Positions 46,233 to 53,303 of a DNA stretch of 64,000 bases are shown here, piece after piece. Source of the stretch: an uncultured archaeon (GTDB lineage Archaea > Aenigmatarchaeota > Aenigmatarchaeia > CG10238-14 > SCSR01); the NCBI GenBank assembly GCA_964512235.1, contig CAZEGD010000001.1, positions 106,874-170,873 on the forward strand. The letters are read 5' to 3'. The notes under the pieces are model-generated. The model saw only the letters and a list, made by a program, of their open reading frames with translations. It was not told where the DNA came from and searched no databases. Position 1 is the stretch's first letter, and each line of letters opens with the position of its first letter. The translations under genes were made by a program, and so were the position numbers.

Positions 46233-46268
46233 TTGACTTTATGTGCAAGATTGACTTTAAGTGCAAAG
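46233..46268. repeat. two tandem copies of the 18-nt motif TTGACTTTAAGTGCAAGA (dyad core ACTT-T-AAGT)
   Basis: TTGACTTTATGTGCAAGA followed by TTGACTTTAAGTGCAAAG. Confidence 0.85.
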
Positions 46269-46308
46269 CTACACTACATATTAAAAATTTCTGAACGCCA
46301 AGGCTGAG

Positions 46309-46920
46309 CTATTTAGTTTGAATCTTAGGTTCTTTAATAGGATAGCACAGTTCCCTTACTATTCTTACAGAAAAGTCTTCCAACTCATTTTTGGTATGTA
46401 CAACACAACCATTGCGGACTTCGTCTTCAGAATAAAACAAAGAATAAAGCAACCTTTGAAAAGGAGGTGTGTCAAATACACCTCGCTTTTTTAATTCATA
46501 AAAATCTAAATCTCCATTTTTATCCAACAACTCATTTATTATCGCTCTCTTCTCCTTAGGCAAGACTCTGGTCACTTCCCTTATTTCTTCAAGTTGAACA
46601 CTTCTACCATACCACCATAGAAACTCACCACAGATATCAACTGTGGTTACTCCCTTAGTTTTTAACTTCTCAATAAGTTCTTCACTTTCTCTGATTTTGT
46701 ATCTCATAATTTCTGCTTCTTCCGGAACATCGAAGGGCAGTTCATCATCTCTATTTAGTAACATTATGCAATTTTTTCTTCTCCAGACTGCTTCGTACAG
46801 TCTTTTAAGATAGACATCATACTCTCCATATTTTTCTTCCATTGCACCATCTATCCAGCGTGCACTATTAACGCGGGATCCTGGATGCACTACTACAAGC
46901 AACGGCTCTTGATTTTTCAT
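46309..46920 (-). CDS. hypothetical 203-aa protein (spacer cassette 1)
   Basis: ORF only. No family recognised. Confidence 0.55.
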   Translation of the reverse strand: MKNQEPLLVVVHPGSRVNSARWIDGAMEEKYGEYDVYLKRLYEAVWRRKNCIMLLNRDDELPFDVPEEAEIMRYKIRESEELIEKLKTKGVTTVDICGEFLWWYGRSVQLEEIREVTRVLPKEKRAIINELLDKNGDLDFYELKKRGVFDTPPFQRLLYSLFYSEDEVRNGCVVHTKNELEDFSVRIVRELCYPIKEPKIQTK

Positions 46921-46993
46921 AAAAGGATAATCAAAAAATTAAAGATTTAAGTCCTTTGACAATGTTGGGATTTGAAACCACTGAAAAAAGATT

Positions 46994-47377
46994 TCACTCC
47001 CTTCGTTTCCTTTCGTCTTTAAGTTTTGTGATAAGAGAGGTCATTATTCCCAAATCAATTTCAGAAATTTTAAATTCATCTCTATGCGGGCAATCTTCAT
47101 CTAATGTAGTACAATTTTTATCTTCATCATAGATTATGGGATATAGCTTACATCCTTTTGGTCTATTTTCGTAAATCAAGCATTGTTTGCCATCATTAAA
47201 AACACATCTTCCATCGCAATTCTTTAATTGTAACCAACCATCTCTATTGACAACAAAATAATCATAGTCGAAACCCAATCCTTTTATCCGTTCAATATCT
47301 TCCTTCAATAAAGGCATTTCAGTTTCTAAGCAACACTTGATGCATTTGTGACGTATACAACATTTTTTCATATCCAT
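46994..47377 (-). CDS. YkgJ-family cysteine-cluster (CxxCxxCC-type) protein
   Basis: 127 aa. KCCIRHKCIKCC and CVFNDGKQCLIYENRPKGCKLYP match the UPF0153/YkgJ pattern. Confidence 0.7.
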   Translation of the reverse strand: MDMKKCCIRHKCIKCCLETEMPLLKEDIERIKGLGFDYDYFVVNRDGWLQLKNCDGRCVFNDGKQCLIYENRPKGCKLYPIIYDEDKNCTTLDEDCPHRDEFKISEIDLGIMTSLITKLKDERKRRE

Positions 47378-47390
47378 TCACCTGAAGGAA

Positions 47391-47408
47391 CTATGTTTAA
47401 GTGCAGAA
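47391..47408. repeat. single degenerate copy of the 18-nt motif
   Basis: CTATGTTTAAGTGCAGAA. Lies between the YkgJ start codon and its putative TATA box (TTTTTAAATT on the minus strand). Confidence 0.7.
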
Positions 47409-47482
47409 TTTAAAAAGTCAGCCAAAAATAACTTTATCTTTCAGGGTATTTATTCCTCAAAACAATGCTTACTATCAATCCT
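47396..47482. repeat. 87-nt direct repeat, copy A
   Basis: 85 of 87 nt identical to 48104-48190 by manual alignment. Covers the 3' end of the 47450-47764 ORF. Confidence 0.9.
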
Positions 47483-47764
47483 TTCCTTTACAAGCACATC
47501 AAGCAACTTTACAATCCATCTAGCCTTGCCTTTCTTCGTCAAGGCGTACAAATGCTCCTTCCTCTCTATCAACCCACAGGATTCCAGCCTCTGTAGCGTC
47601 TCTGTTAGTGTGGATGTGGACTTGAACCTTATGCCAGTCAACGCCTGCAACTGATTCCCTATGTCTACCGCCCGCAAAGGCTCTGACTTGGACAGTATCC
47701 TGAGTATGTTCCTGTTCGTCCGCTCCGCCACTACCGCCACTATATCCTTCTTGTACCTAGCCAT
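47450..47764 (-). CDS. small winged-helix DNA-binding protein (spacer cassette 2)
   Basis: 104 aa from MARYKKD. NILRILSKSEPLRAVDIGNQL...LQRLESCGLIERK is wHTH-like. Confidence 0.55.
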   Translation of the reverse strand: MARYKKDIVAVVAERTNRNILRILSKSEPLRAVDIGNQLQALTGIRFKSTSTLTETLQRLESCGLIERKEHLYALTKKGKARWIVKLLDVLVKERIDSKHCFEE

Positions 47765-47852
47765 TAACAATAATTCGGTCTCGCAAATAACGAGTTTTAT
47801 CTCGTTTAAACCGATAATAATATAACCAATCAAGAGAAAACTATAATGACAG

Positions 47853-48065
47853 GTGCATCTGGATATGGTAGACGGAGTTACCAAAGACTTCAAGAAAAGA
47901 CTTCTCAAGGATATAAGTACAAATCCTGTGTCAATTAGCGAACTTTCCAGAAAGCTGAAGGTTCGCAGAGATTTTGTGACTGGTTATTTGCAGGCACTAG
48001 AAGATATGGGAGATATTAGGCTAGTCGTGGTTGGCAGGTCTAAAGTATATCTATCGAGGAAGTGA
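47853..48065 (+). CDS. small winged-helix DNA-binding protein, divergent partner
   Basis: 70 aa. ISTNPVSISELSRKLKVRRDFVTGYLQALEDMGDI. Confidence 0.5.
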   Translation: MHLDMVDGVTKDFKKRLLKDISTNPVSISELSRKLKVRRDFVTGYLQALEDMGDIRLVVVGRSKVYLSRK

Positions 48066-48080
48066 AAAAGGCATTATTTT

Positions 48081-48116
48081 CAGATTAAAAGTGCAAGACG
48101 GACTTTAAGTGTAGAA
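48081..48116. repeat. two degenerate tandem copies of the 18-nt motif
   Basis: CAGATTAAAAGTGCAAGA followed by CGGACTTTAAGTGTAGAA. Confidence 0.65.
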
Positions 48117-48190
48117 TTTAAAAAGTCAGCCAAAAATGACTTTATCTTTCAGGGTATTTATTCCTCAAAACAATGCTTACTATCAATCCT
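48104..48190. repeat. 87-nt direct repeat, copy B
   Basis: See copy A. Covers the 3' end of the 48142-48327 ORF in a different reading frame. Confidence 0.9.
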
Positions 48191-48327
48191 GCAATAACAC
48201 CAATAGCACATGCTACTAATACCCTTTCTGGTAAAGAAAGACCCAAATTTGATAACATCCCTATCGATCCCCCAGTAACACCACCGACAACTCCTCCAAT
48301 AATACCTCCTTTTTTATTTATTTTCAT
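48142..48327 (-). CDS. glycine-zipper membrane peptide, 61 aa (spacer cassette 3)
   Basis: MKINKKGGIIGGVVGGVTGGSIGM... Trimmed to the internal ATG. Confidence 0.4.
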   Translation of the reverse strand: MKINKKGGIIGGVVGGVTGGSIGMLSNLGLSLPERVLVACAIGVIAGLIVSIVLRNKYPER

Positions 48328-48383
48328 ATTCAAACCTCTCCAAATAATAATTAAAAACCAGTGTTTAAAACTGATTGTAATTT

Positions 48384-48419
48384 TTGACTTTAAGTGCAAG
48401 ATGGAGTTTAAGTGCAAAG
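48384..48419. repeat. two tandem copies of the 18-nt motif
   Basis: TTGACTTTAAGTGCAAGA followed by TGGAGTTTAAGTGCAAAG. Confidence 0.85.
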
Positions 48420-48436
48420 CCACATTATACGAAATC

Positions 48437-48446
48437 TTTATAAATA
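48437..48446 (+). promoter_or_regulatory. candidate TATA box of an independent 23S transcription unit
   Basis: TTTATAAATA, about 390 nt upstream of the 23S processing helix. Minus-strand genes lie immediately upstream. Confidence 0.3.
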
Positions 48447-48827
48447 AGTAGGACCATTATATTTTTTACTTCGGTGTCGCTATGCAAGAGTAGAAACGCT
48501 CATTTACCCTCTGTTTAGCGATGAGCATGTGCCTTTTTCTGATGCCTTCTGTTGCATTTCGTATGCGACATGGCTGTGATGAGAGTGGACACCTTGCTAT
48601 GCTTGTAGAGGTGTGCGGTCAAACGCACGAGCGTGCTAATACTACATTCAATAGCGTATAGTTACGTTGAAGTGTAGATGCAAATCCCGATTGAACATCG
48701 TGGGTTGAAGAGTGGAAGTTGATGATTGTAGAGAAGTATCCGAGCAACCATCCCGTGGGCAATAGGATGGATTGCAGATGAGGTGCGAGCTGTCTCATAT
48801 GAAACTGTAAATAATGATACTACCATA

Positions 48828-48853
48828 GGATCAAACTGGCAATAGAGGTCTGC
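48828..48853 (+). other. 23S processing helix, 5' strand (bulge-helix-bulge)
   Basis: GGATCAAAC-TGGC-AAT-AGAGGTCTGC pairs with 51993-52018. This gives 9 bp, an AAA bulge, 4 bp, an AAT bulge and 10 bp. Confidence 0.8.
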
Positions 48854-51245
48854 TGCGCCAGCCACTTGGTGGATGGCTTGGTTCCAGACGCCGAAGAAGG
48901 TCGTAGCAAGCTGCGATAAGCCTGGGTTAGCCGCATGCGGGCTTAGACCCCAGGATCGCCGAATGCAACTAGTAGCTTTGGCTGATGCGAGAGCATTGGG
49001 AACGCGGCGAATTGAAGCATCTTAGTAGCCGCAGGAAAAGAAAACAATTGTGATACCGTGAGTAACGGCGAGTAAAAGCGGTATAGGGCAAACCGAATCT
49101 ATGCCGAAAGGCAATAGAGTTGTGGTGTTTGGACTTGTGTCTTTCCCAACCAGTTGACCGGAAATCCGCTGGGACGCGGTGCGGTAAAGGGTGATAGCCC
49201 CGTACGGGAAGACTGGGAGGAAAATGGCAAGTATCCAGAGTACTGCTCCTCGATTATGGAGTAGGAATATGCCGGGCATTAACCGGCAACCCTAAACACG
49301 TCTGGAGACCGATAGTGAAGTAGTATGATGACAGAAGGCTGAAAAGTACCGCGAAAGCGGGGTGAAAAGAATCTGAAACCAAGTTGGCAATAGTCTGGTA
49401 CGGCGCGGAAGGTGCTGCCTGGAAGGAAATGTGCGCAAGCACGAAGTACGACGGGTAGCTTACAGTGTCGTGCCATCCGTTTTGAAGAACGGGACAGGGA
49501 GTTTATTTCAGTAGTGAGGTTAAGCTGTTAAGCAGTGTAGCCGTAGCGAAAGCGACAGGTCCGTATGCGCAAGCAGTGGGACGTGGTGTGAAAGCGCCAG
49601 AAATTACTGGGATAGGACCCGAAACCAGTCGATCTAACCCTGGGTAGGATGAAGTTGCGCGAAAGCGCAATGGAGGTCCGTTACCGTTGCTGAGTCACAT
49701 ATCGCTCGGGTGACCTGGGGATAGGGGTGAAAAGCCTAACGAGACTGGTGATAGCTGGTTCCTCTCGAAATGCATCTAAGTGCAGCCTGGTCCGAGGTGT
49801 GACATGGGGTAGAGCTACTGATTGGATTGTCAAGGCCCGAAAGGGTCAGCTTTCCTGTCAAACTCCGAATCCATGCCTACCGTAGACGACCGGAGTGAGG
49901 GCTCTTGGGTTAAGCCCGAGACCCAAAAGGGAAACAACCCCAACTGAGGTTAAGGTCTCTAAATGCCGGCTAAACGAGAAAGGGAGTCTAAACTCTCAGA
50001 CAGTAGGACTGTAGGCTCAGAAGCAGCCACCAGTCAAAAAGTGCGTAACAGCTTACCTACCGAGGGTTTGGGCCCTGAAAATGGAAGAGACTAAGCCGGC
50101 TACCGATACCCCAGACTATTCTGTTGAGCAGAATAGTGGTAGAGAGGCGTCCTGCGCGGACAGAAGCTTGGGCGTAAGCTCTAGTAGACCGCGTAGGATT
50201 GAAAATCCTGCCGAAAGTAGCAGCATAGCTGGGCGAGAATCCCAGTCGCCTAAAGGATGCGGGTTTGCCAGCAATGGTTATCAACTGGCAGTTAGTCGGT
50301 CCTAACCTAAATCTTAACCGAACTTAGGGAATGGCAAAGACGTTAATATTCGTCTACCATGAAGGTACACGCGGCAACGCAAGTTAAGCGTCTGACGCTT
50401 CGGGATAAGTCAACGTAAGTCAACTATTGAAATCTGTGGAGTCTTATAACGAGGAGAAACAGATGAATGTGGAAGTAGCTCCGTGTATGCGGAGTTTGGC
50501 TGGTTCCTGGAGCCCATGAAAAGGATGCTTATCGGATCCTTCATGACCGTACCAAGAACCGACACAGGTATCCATGCTGAGAAGGCAATGGTGTGTTGGG
50601 AGAACCCAGTCTAGGGAACTCGGCAAATTAGTGGTGTACGTTCGCAAGAAACCATGCCTGTAATCTTGAACCGGGCGTCCGCATAAGCGAGGCAATCGGG
50701 AAGGGATTGCAGGTTGCAATAACTAGGGGAAAGCGTCTGTTTAACAAAAACGTAGGAGAGCGCTAATGCGAAAGCACTTGTACGCTCTCTGATGCCTGCC
50801 CAGTATCGGTGTGTTAAAACCTGTTTCAACAGGTCGAAGCCCCGGTAAACGGCGGCGGTAACTCTGACCGTCATAAAGTAGCGTAATCCCTTGTCGTTTA
50901 ATTGACGACCCGTCTGAATGGCTTAACGACTTTTCCACTGTCCCAGGCTGGGACCCAGCGAACTTGCTATTCTGGTGAATAGGCCAGAGACCTCCAGTGG
51001 GAAACGTAGACCCCGTGGAACTTTACTGCAGTTTGATGTTGTGATCCGGCTGCGATCGTATAGAGTAGATAGGACTCGTTATCAGGCTGATCCGTCAGGT
51101 GAAAGCTGAGAGGAAAGTGTAACACTATCCCTTTGTTGCTGTATCACTTACTCCTCGGAGGACAGCATTTAATGGGCAGTTCGGCTGGGGTGGTACTCCC
51201 TTGAGAATGCATCAAGGGAGCCCAAAGATCAGCTCATCGAGGTCA

Positions 51246-51337
51246 CAATAAGAGTCATAAATGATTAAACCACTCCAGATTGAGCGCTTAGGCGCTATGA
51301 TAATTGGGTGTAGCTAATGATGGGCTCTTATTGCCCC
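51246..51337 (+). other. candidate insertion of roughly 90 nt in a 23S hairpin loop about 150 nt upstream of the GGGGATAA motif
   Basis: The stem TCGAG/CTCGA normally closes a short GTCGGAAAT-type loop. Here the loop holds an AT-rich element closed by AATAAGAG/CTCTTATT. Confidence 0.45.
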
Positions 51338-51588
51338 AAAGAAATCTCGAGTAGAATGCAAGCGTAAAAGCTGGTCTGACCGTATTTCGCAAAGCGAGAA
51401 ATTCGGCTGCGAAAGCATGGGCTAGCGAGACGTCGATTGGCTTTAATGGCCGCCGATGGTATCAGAAAAGCTACCCCGGGGATAATGGAGTCGTGGCCCC
51501 CGAAAGCCCACATTGACGGGGCGCGTTGCTTCATCGTTGTCGCCTCCCCCCTTCCTGGCCGTGCACAAGCGGCCAAGGGTACAGGTGT

Positions 51589-51630
51589 CCAACATTTGCT
51601 TTGGTGCTTTGCACTGATGCATTGTACACA
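51589..51630 (+). other. candidate 42-nt insertion within the 23S A-loop (helix 92) hairpin
   Basis: CAAGGGTACAGGTGT[42 nt]TACTGGTTAAAG. Removing the 42 nt gives GGGTA-CAGG-TGTTA-CTGG-TTAAAG. The consensus is GGGTA-TGGC-TGTTC-GCCA-TTTAAAG. Confidence 0.5.
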
Positions 51631-51992
51631 TACTGGTTAAAGGGGGACGCTAGGTGGGTTCAGAACGTTGTGAGACAGTTCGGTCGCTATCTACTGGAGG
51701 TGTCGGTTGTCTGACCGGAAGGAAGGGAAAGTACGAAAGGAACACCCTCCCGTGGCCTCTAGTCTATCGGTTGTTCGAAGCATGGCCGAGCAGCCACGCC
51801 ATAGCGGATAAGAGCTGAAAGCATCTAAGCTCGAAACCGCCCGGAAAAATAGACAACCATTCACAAAGCTGACTGGCAACAGCCGGCGGAGTGACGAAGG
51901 CACTCGTAGACTACGAGTTTGATAGAACAGGGGTGTAAGCATCAAGCGTTCGCGCGAGGTGTTCAGCCCGCTGTTACTAATCGCCTGAGGTG

Positions 51993-52018
51993 GCAGACCT
52001 CTGCTAAAAGTTTGATCC
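51993..52018 (+). other. 23S processing helix, 3' strand
   Basis: GCAGACCTCT-GCTA-AAA-GTTTGATCC. Confidence 0.8.
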
Positions 52019-52111
52019 AAAAATCGGTAGTAACAAATCTCATATTTAAGGGAGGAGTTCCATTATAGTAGGATGTGAATTCTCCTTGAATTCGAAACCG
52101 CGATAGAGATA

Positions 52112-52297
52112 TTGCGTTATTTCAGGTTGGTTGGCATGGTCGAAAAGGAAGATGGAAAAATAGAAGTGCTTAAGTTCAGGAAAGGTTTTGGTACTGGTAA
52201 GAATAAGGAACTGAAACATAAAGGCAGGAAGAGGAGAAAAGACAAGCTCAAAGAGCAACTTATGAAGCATTACGGATTTACTCTGAAAGATAACTGA
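52112..52297 (+). CDS. possible small basic protein (61 aa)
   Basis: ORF only, K/R-rich. Weak call. Confidence 0.25.
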   Translation: MRYFRLVGMVEKEDGKIEVLKFRKGFGTGKNKELKHKGRKRRKDKLKEQLMKHYGFTLKDN

Positions 52298-52354
52298 AAC
52301 TAGAATTTCTAAAAAGGATTTAAGCTTAACTATTGTTAGTAGTTAGTGATAACT

Positions 52355-52834
52355 ATGAAGATACAGAAAGCGAAGGACTTGAAAGAAATCATAGAAAATA
52401 AAGGTAGGAAGATTATTTTACCGTATATTCTAACAACTAGCGAATGTGATAATGGAGACGAATCTTTGGTTGTGTATGGTGGAATAGAGATTTCAAGCGA
52501 AAGTATGAATTATGATAAGCTTCTTTCAAGTGAAAGTTTGGATTCTTTAATGTCCAACCTACCTTCTGGACATAGACGCCCAGGAAATCAAATTGAGGCT
52601 CTAACGATTGTAAAGAATGGGATGAAAAAATATGTGGGTGAAATTGGAGAAGACATTTATCATCATATGTCAGAAGAGCATCCCAAAGAGAAAATAGACT
52701 TAAAGAAAGTCCAAGAAGTTTCAAAACCTGATTTCAATGCAGATGATGCAGATTTTATCGATGATGAAGACATAGAAATTTTATTCAAGCTTGGGCATTA
52801 TAAGGTAGTCTTATCTCAGGCTCTCAAGAAATGA
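52355..52834 (+). CDS. hypothetical acidic 159-aa protein
   Basis: ATG at 52355 (MKIQKAKD). No family recognised. Confidence 0.5.
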   Translation: MKIQKAKDLKEIIENKGRKIILPYILTTSECDNGDESLVVYGGIEISSESMNYDKLLSSESLDSLMSNLPSGHRRPGNQIEALTIVKNGMKKYVGEIGEDIYHHMSEEHPKEKIDLKKVQEVSKPDFNADDADFIDDEDIEILFKLGHYKVVLSQALKK

Positions 52835-52869
52835 ATTATTTTATTAAAGACAGAAAATAAAGTGAATTA

Positions 52870-52962
52870 ATGAAGTACTGCAATAAATGCAACCAGAACT
52901 TTAGTGACAAGAACAAGAAATGTCCGAATTGCGGAACTAAGCTAGTAAGACTGAGCTACTAA
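52870..52962 (+). CDS. possible 30-aa zinc-ribbon peptide
   Basis: Hand-found ORF MKYCNKCNQNFSDKNKKCPNCGTKLVRLSY. Confidence 0.3.
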   Translation: MKYCNKCNQNFSDKNKKCPNCGTKLVRLSY

Positions 52963-53043
52963 AGACTATTTGTTGAGCCATTCCTCTAGGATTATCAGTT
53001 TATATTGTCCAGAATTCAAAATTATTATTAGTAACAATCAATA

Positions 53044-53298
53044 GTGGTTATCATTAATAGTAAGACCGATGTAAAAAATAAGATTGTAAAGATTCTTTCT
53101 CAGCATCCGGAAGGTTTGACTATACAGTACTTAGCCGATGATATTGGTGTTAGCAGGCAGACTGTGCGCGCGTATATTCTAGAGCTTAAAGGATCGGGCA
53201 TAGTTCTCAGACGACGCGTGGGCTCGGCTACTTTGCATTATCTAAAGAGTCTGATGGAGAAATTTAGTAAAAATTTTGGTAGAGGTTTTAAGAGCTGA
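53044..53298 (+). CDS. small winged-helix transcription regulator heading the surface island
   Basis: 84 aa, GTG start. ILSQHPEGLTIQYLADDIGVSRQTVRAYILELKGSGIV. Confidence 0.6.
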   Translation: MVIINSKTDVKNKIVKILSQHPEGLTIQYLADDIGVSRQTVRAYILELKGSGIVLRRRVGSATLHYLKSLMEKFSKNFGRGFKS

Positions 53299-53303
53299 CA
53301 AAA

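Larger units (their letters stand above)
48854..51992 (+). rRNA. rrl: 23S rRNA gene (ends approximate, delimited by the processing helix)
   Basis: GCCACTTGGTGGATGGCT...AAGCTGCGATAAGCC near the 5' end. Internal GGGGATAA, GTGAGACAGTTCGGTC and AGTACGAAAGGAAC motifs. Confidence 0.9.

Noticed and set aside
46233-48419. Considered whether the repeated 18-nt motif loci form a CRISPR array
   Set aside because: There are at most two units per locus. The intervening segments are 0.3-1.1 kb and contain genes. Spacing is not regular and there are no cas genes.
48640-48790. The hairpin CCCGAT-TGAAC-ATCGTGGG in the 23S leader superficially recalls 5S loop C
   Set aside because: The loop is far too short, no other 5S elements surround it, and it fits better as leader structure.
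52019-52345. Looked for a 5S rRNA gene downstream of the 23S
   Set aside because: No 5S-like loop C/helix motifs (…CCGAAC…GAAGTTAAG…) and no terminal helix were found. Only a possible hairpin around the GAATTC palindromes and a weak small ORF are present.
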